Source: a virus (Duplodnaviria > Caudoviricetes). From it: DNA of 64,000 nucleotides. This document shows, one piece after another, positions 62,725-64,000 of the stretch. Both the position numbers and the translations under genes were made by a program. The DNA is taken from the IMG/VR virus record IMGVR_UViG_3300036778_000062, positions 1-64,000 of that record; one strand, 5' to 3'. Under the pieces are notes generated by a model. That model did no database searches. It saw nothing but the letters and a program-made list of their open reading frames with translations, and was not told the DNA's origin. Positions within the stretch are counted from its first letter, which is position 1. Each line of letters starts with the position of its first letter.

Positions 62725-63020
62725 TGGGCTGGGAAGTACCTGCTGGGGCGGCTGTCGCCTTTCTGGTGGCTGTTGTGGGCTGGATCTGGCGGCTTTCAGG
62801 CAGGCTAGCCTCACAGGACGGCCGGATTACCGCTGCGGCCACTGCAGCGTCTAACGCCACGGCCAAGGCGACGATTCTTGAGCAGGAGTTGTCGTCGCAC
62901 AAGGAGCACGTGGCTGCCGAGTACCTTTCCAAGGATGCCATGGCTGAGATTACCGCGGCGATCAACCGGCTGGGTGATCGCCTCGATAATTTATTCATCC
63001 ACTTCATTCCGAAACCCTAG
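62724..63020 (+). CDS. Membrane coiled-coil protein
   Basis: N-terminal TM helix plus coiled coil. Confidence 0.6.
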   Translation: MGWEVPAGAAVAFLVAVVGWIWRLSGRLASQDGRITAAATAASNATAKATILEQELSSHKEHVAAEYLSKDAMAEITAAINRLGDRLDNLFIHFIPKP

Positions 63021-63038
63021 TTGGGTCTGGATGACAAC

Positions 63039-63069
63039 AAAAGGCCCGGCATGTCCGGGCTTTTATTTT
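63039..63069 (+). terminator. Rho-independent terminator
   Basis: GCCCGG-loop-CCGGGC-TTTT. Confidence 0.75.
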
Positions 63070-63134
63070 CTTGGTCAGCTTTACCGTTCGCGATGAGCGG
63101 ACCTATCTCCTGATATTTCCAACCCAGAGGACAA

Positions 63135-64000
63135 ATGCCAACGCCACCCGTTTCAAGCGAGGATATTGCGCGGACAGTCGAAGTCCGAAAGCGCCATGCC
63201 ACCAATGTGGATGCGGGAAGGGAGCTTGGAGTAGACGAAAAGACCGTTCGTCGGCACATGGTGTTGGCGGCTGAAAGGGGGCTGCTGGGGCCTGAGGAAA
63301 CGAAGCCTGGCTATGTTCTGAAGAGCATAGCATCCAAAGCGCCGGATGGCAGCTGGACTAAGCAGGTTAAAGAGGCCGGGCCAGAATTCAAGCCTACTGA
63401 TGGCTTGGCCATAAACGGCAAGACGACATGGACCAATGCTGAGGGACGAATCACTCAGCAAGTCACCATGGAGCGCAAGGACGCCAAGGCGCAGCTTGAG
63501 ATCATGCGCGCCGCGGTTGCCGGGTTTAAGGATGAGATTCCGAGGGCCGCACCAATAACTCGACCGTCATGGCCACTTGCCATATATCCTCAGTCACGCG
63601 CTCCTAACGAGTCGCTTTTAAACCAGTTCACCGTAACTGATAGCCACTTCGGTATGCTTTCGTGGCGCGAGGAAACTGGTTCCGATTATGATTTGCGAAT
63701 TGCAGAGGAATTGCTGCTTGATTGGTTTTCGGCCGCAATTGCCAATTCACCTGATGCACACACCGCACTCTTCGCGCAGCTAGGCGACCTGATGCACCAT
63801 GACGCTCTTGAGAGCGTCACGCCCGCCCATCGCCATGTGCTTGATGCAGATTCGCGGCTGCAAAAGGTCATTCGCATTGTCATCAAGACAATCCGCCGCG
63901 CTATCGACATGCTCCTGCACAAACATGAGCATGTCCATTGCGTGATGGCTTCTGGCAATCATGACCCGGCATCGTCTGCGTGGCTGCGTGAGATGCTTGC
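63135..64000 (+). CDS. HTH plus calcineurin-like metallophosphoesterase (truncated by window; absent from ORF track)
   Basis: DSHFG, GDLMH, GNHD motifs. Confidence 0.8.
   Translation, partial: MPTPPVSSEDIARTVEVRKRHATNVDAGRELGVDEKTVRRHMVLAAERGLLGPEETKPGYVLKSIASKAPDGSWTKQVKEAGPEFKPTDGLAINGKTTWTNAEGRITQQVTMERKDAKAQLEIMRAAVAGFKDEIPRAAPITRPSWPLAIYPQSRAPNESLLNQFTVTDSHFGMLSWREETGSDYDLRIAEELLLDWFSAAIANSPDAHTALFAQLGDLMHHDALESVTPAHRHVLDADSRLQKVIRIVIKTIRRAIDMLLHKHEHVHCVMASGNHDPASSAWLREML

Noticed and set aside
149-63962. Many long antisense or overlapping ORFs in the track (e.g. 10377-11183, 17920-18807, 44559-45374)
   Set aside because: Shadow ORFs of GC-rich genes, with no motifs or ribosome-binding sites.

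Overview
Nearly the whole window is one lambdoid/HK97-like siphoviral prophage, probably from an alphaproteobacterial (Bradyrhizobiaceae-like) host. It is integrated at the 3' end of a tRNA-Asp(GUC) gene (49-125), and its right end lies beyond the window. Gene order is integrase/excisionase, leftward accessory genes (Dam-like MTase, ProQ/FinO), CI/Cro switch, early recombination/replication/methylation genes, HNH-terminase-portal-protease-capsid, tail, lysis and a truncated metallophosphoesterase. The strongest unexplained signal is 13 stem-loop RNA units at 9926-12295 with the core CCA-N9-YG-N4-CCA-N9-YG and unique spacers. They surround, and partly sit in-frame inside, a nuclease-less IS110/Nop-like gene, which makes this a candidate TIGR-Tas-like RNA-guided system in the early operon. 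Other notable signals are 15 tmRNA-tag-like ANDN motifs with about 24 C-terminal -AA ends, a probable -1 frameshift fusing a post-capsid protein to a glycosyltransferase-like domain within a glycan-enzyme cluster, and a C5-MTase with a second subunit in an overlapping frame. All family assignments come from motif recognition by eye, with no database searches.
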